Origin: Psammoneis japonica
Lineage: Eukaryota
Length of the DNA: 46,885 nucleotides
NCBI GenBank assembly: GCA_008632985.1
Contig: QPGO01000352.1
Location: forward strand, 1-46,885
Direction: 5' to 3'
The notes under the pieces were generated by a model. The model was not told the origin of the DNA, made no database searches, and saw nothing but the letters and a program-made list of their open reading frames with translations. Of this stretch, positions 43,150 to 46,885 are shown in pieces. Position 1 is the first letter of the stretch; each line of letters opens with the position of its first letter. Both the position numbers and the translations under genes were made by a program.

Positions 43150-46100
43150 TTACGTTTCTGGAAAGAATTCACTGGTTAGCAATGCCCTTTGTCGTGATAA
43201 GGCACAAGGAAACGGATGAGCAACCGTGTGCTCAACCAAGTTCGAGGCAAGTGCTGGAAGAAGCTCGTGCAGCTGAAGGCCGGGTTCAGCATTGTTGGTC
43301 GCATCGGACGCTCTCTTTCGATAAAAGAAACGCTTTGCACTCAAATTCTTTCCCGTAGGTCGGCTCCGAGTTAAATCGGGACTGGTGCTTACCGCTGGCA
43401 CGTCGGTGTAAACTATACTAACGTCAAGCGACGTTGCTTCTGTATTAATTGATATACCATCTGAGCTCTCTCCAATCCGCAAAACCAACAAAGCAGCATC
43501 GCATTCTGCAAGAAGCGCCTGTTGAAGAGGTTGCGCAAATTCTGAGCACGCCCTTTCTTCAAATCCTTTGTCTCTGCGACCGACCCCAGAAGCCGCAGAC
43601 GCCAATATTCTGGATGGAAGGCGGCAAATACTTGGCGTTCCCCACTCGAGGAACGTTGGAATCGTTGTACTTTCCATGAAGCGATCGGGCTTCTTCCCCG
43701 AAAGAAGTACTCGCACGTACTGAGGGCCTGTCAATATTTCCTTCTTCGACTTTCCTTTCTCTACCATGTGTTCACTTCTTGAATCAAAAGGCCCATCTTG
43801 TTCAACTAGCAGCATTTTACGTGCCAGCCGCGTAACCTCAGCGTTCAGACTAGCAGACACGTTTCGCAGCGATGCATTTTCTTCGACAAACTGCGTTCTG
43901 CTCATGAAACGCATTCGACTCTGACTCGAACTGAATGCATTGCTATCATCGACAGCATCCATTACCAGCTTTAGCAATGATAAAAGTCGTGAGTACGCCA
44001 ACTCTTCCATTCCATCTTCCTTGAGATAGCTTGAGACCGCTTGCTTCGCAAGACTGGTTAGCATCGCACACATGACGGGAACCGTCGGCTGAGGTAGCCT
44101 CCCGCTTACTTGCGTGGCTGATGCAGGGAATACAGCTGACGGTTCCAAAAAGCTGTCAGCGAAATCCATTACTTGAATATTATCCCGCCCGTTCCCAATT
44201 GACGATATCCACAGAGACCTTCGTTCGTCATACCAAAGAGGAAACTTGGAGGGCCTCCACACATTCTTTAAGTGAGGGATAGCATCAGATATCGTACGGG
44301 CACAGAGGATTAACGTCTCTGCAGCTTCAACCATCTGACCTTTTGATACGTGTAGGCACTTCAACGTATGCAACCAGCGTATTCGCTGAAGTGGGGCCGT
44401 TTCGGAAAGAAAGAAATTTGCCGCTTCAAACAGTGATTCCTCGTCAGCGTCAAATAGATAAGACGTGTCTAGTTTCATTGCAATCCTTGTACCGACGACA
44501 TTGAAGTTATCCCCCCTCAATCTCATTTCGATTAGTACTCCATCAACAACCGCTTGGCAAGCTCTGCAGAAGGTAGACAACGTCGGAGCCAGCTGTGGAT
44601 CAATACGGTTGTCATCCTCTGGACTAGCTTCCTCTATATCTGCCACTGACCTTCGAAGTGGCCAGACAGCACTCTCAACATCATCCATCTTTGACAATAG
44701 GCTAGATACCCCAAACAAGGCAATCTCACGACCAACTACTTCTGGTAGCACCGTCAAGAAAACGGTTGCAACGCCATCAACATTTCCATAATGACTGAAA
44801 ATAGAACCGAATAGTGAGACGACAAAGTCTGTTGAAATTGTTCGTACCGACAACGACAAGCTGTTCATCAGCGTTAGAACAACCCGAGCCCAGTGTTGCA
44901 AACCATCTTTTACGGCCTCCAAAAATAGCCCCGCACCAAACTTCTCGAGTGCCTGCAAGGCGCCACCGATTGCCCGAAGGTGAGTTACCGACGACTGAGG
45001 CGTGGTTATAATGTGGAGAAGGAGGTCCAATACACTTTGAGCCATTTTGATTTGTTCCTTTGGGTGTGATTCCATTGGTACCATGCATTGGTCAACAACC
45101 ATATTAGTGGCAGCGCATATAGTGTTGAAACTTTCTTGCATAAGCCACGAGGAAATCTTATCCAATGACGGAGGGAGCACGCCATTCGTCTCTGTATCAG
45201 CAAAGCATTGAAAAGTAGCACTGCTTAGTCTCAGAAGGCGTACGAAGCGATGAAGGAGAAAATTCTGCATGGGACGGGGCATTCAGTAGCTGAGATCGTG
45301 AAAAAAAATTGAAAATAAAGTAGCTTTGCCATCATTGAGAATAATCAAGGTACGTACCGGCGGAGAGCAGTATGACAATAATCGCTCTCGCATCATTCCC
45401 TCCGGGGCCTCTTGAAGGACATAAGCAAAGCAGATGAGCCAAAGAGACCGAACCTTGTGCGTCGCGTCCATGCTCGCAAGCCAGCGCACGCTACCGAGGG
45501 CGTTGTCTAAGATGGCAGGGGCGATGACTGACGCAACACGGCAACGGGATTGCTCAGTTTGATACCTCGAATCCATGGCATGCCGTCTCACCAAAAGCTC
45601 ATAGACGCAAGCAATTGCTTGGATCGCCGTTTCCTGTAATTGTAGCAGATCTTTTCTTTTCAACGATGCTCTGGGTCGACTTTTAGAGGTTGTTTCAACT
45701 GATTCGATCTGGGCCACCGCCTCGGAAACAACAGCCTCACAAGCAAGCGAGGATATAAGGAGGCATTCGTCGATAAGCAGGCCGGATAACCAGCCAGTAA
45801 CCGGCAAGCGCGTCGTAGCGCCCTGGCTTGAAAAATCAGGATTCTCATCCCCTAAAGAGGCACGTTTACTGGAAACAGCCTGAAGCGTCCACGAAATCTT
45901 TTCTGTCTCCTTTCGCTCTTTCCGCTCTAAAAATCGTTTTGGGTAATTCAGAGCAACAAAGTTGGGAATCGTCGCCAACAATTCAACAGAGTTAAGTCTC
46001 ACTTGTCTTGAACACCTGACTGAGAAAAGGTGTTCATCTGTCCACGTCAATCCTGCTTTAGCGGCGTGTGCGTCACTTTCGCTCGCCGTTGACGGGTTTT

Positions 46101-46885
46101 CGAACTTTCGAAGGATAGCAAAGTACTTCGATACAAGCTGAAAGAAATGTTCAGGGTGGATGATTGCGAGAAGCCCGATGAGGAATTCTATAACCAGCTG
46201 CGATGATGAGAGGGCTCTAAACAGAGCAGAGTCTCTTTCACCGTCGGTTTTCCATTTCGACAGCGCCTCCGTCATTACTCCATATGCCAACATTTCCACG
46301 AAGGCCAAAAATATTTGTAAATGACCACTGTCGAGCTCTCTTCTCCTCACAGAAGAATCTTGACGGCTTGGATGACATCGAAGGACCACTGACTTAAGGC
46401 ATAAAGGAAGAAGAAAGTCCATATGCGTAAAAAAGGAGGAAATTGGCTTCAAAGTGGGCAGCGAAAAATCTATCTCGGGGATTGAGGATGCTTCTATTTC
46501 GATCGATATCATTGAGCCCACTAGCCCAGGCCCTTTCTGACTGAACTTCTTCATATGTTCAACCCAGGTCTTTAGCCACGTAATCATTACTGATTCGTAA
46601 ATGTAAGGTGGGCTATCAGTCTGATTGGGACTGAAGAATGCTGCGGAGAGCAGAAGCAACTGTGCCGAGCCACGAAGATGGCTTTCAGTCGGCGTTTCGT
46701 CCTCAGTATCTGTACCGGGGCTAAATGGGTTTGAACAAACTGTGACGGTCTGAAGAAAAGCAGATCACTGATAAGTGAGACAGGCACAGAAATGGAAAGA
46801 AGTCAATATGTACACATGGGAAACAAATGTAAAGCTCACCTTGGCCTCTAACTCCGTCTCATCTACAATATGAGAACCATACATG
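43150..46885 (-). CDS. DOCK-family-like protein, 3' part; exons >46885-46840, 46749-45358, 45264-43150
   Basis: APLQRIRWLHTLKCLHVSKGQMVEAAETL resembles DHR-2 lobe A (SPDLRxTWLxxMAxxH..EAA); HPFPCALSRQ resembles the end of lobe B. GT-AG introns 46839-46750 and 45357-45265, both phase 0. Confidence 0.75.

Overview
Eukaryotic DNA, most likely a diatom (inferred from short GT-AG introns and diatom-type protein families). The window alternates between two sequence states. (A) Intact host genes with ordinary dinucleotide content: a kinase-like gene across an N-gap (28664-29548 +), UTP4 (30246-32911 -), a diatom-type hypothetical gene (42404-42901 +) and a DOCK-like gene (43150-46885 -). (B) Repeat/transposon blocks (about 1-20600, 21300-28400, 33400-41950) that have lost almost all TpA dinucleotides. 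These blocks contain a Plavaka/CMC-like transposase relic next to several large cargo-like genes (class-III aminotransferase fold, GNAT-like plus papain-like protein, intron-rich Cys-finger gene), a complete Gypsy element with 162-bp LTRs and a 5-bp TSD, a MITE family with 4-bp TSDs, and captured host fragments (TBC Rab-GAP, eIF5B). The main signal is a repeat-restricted TpA->TpG/CpA hypermutation (A>G on either strand), the mirror image of fungal RIP. It is visible between the two LTRs, between MITE copies, as Tyr->Cys/His in conserved motifs, and as GT->GC changes at splice donors. Most ORFs in the supplied track are by-products of lost TAA/TAG stops. Family assignments are by-eye motif recognition and all counts are hand counts; no searches were run.
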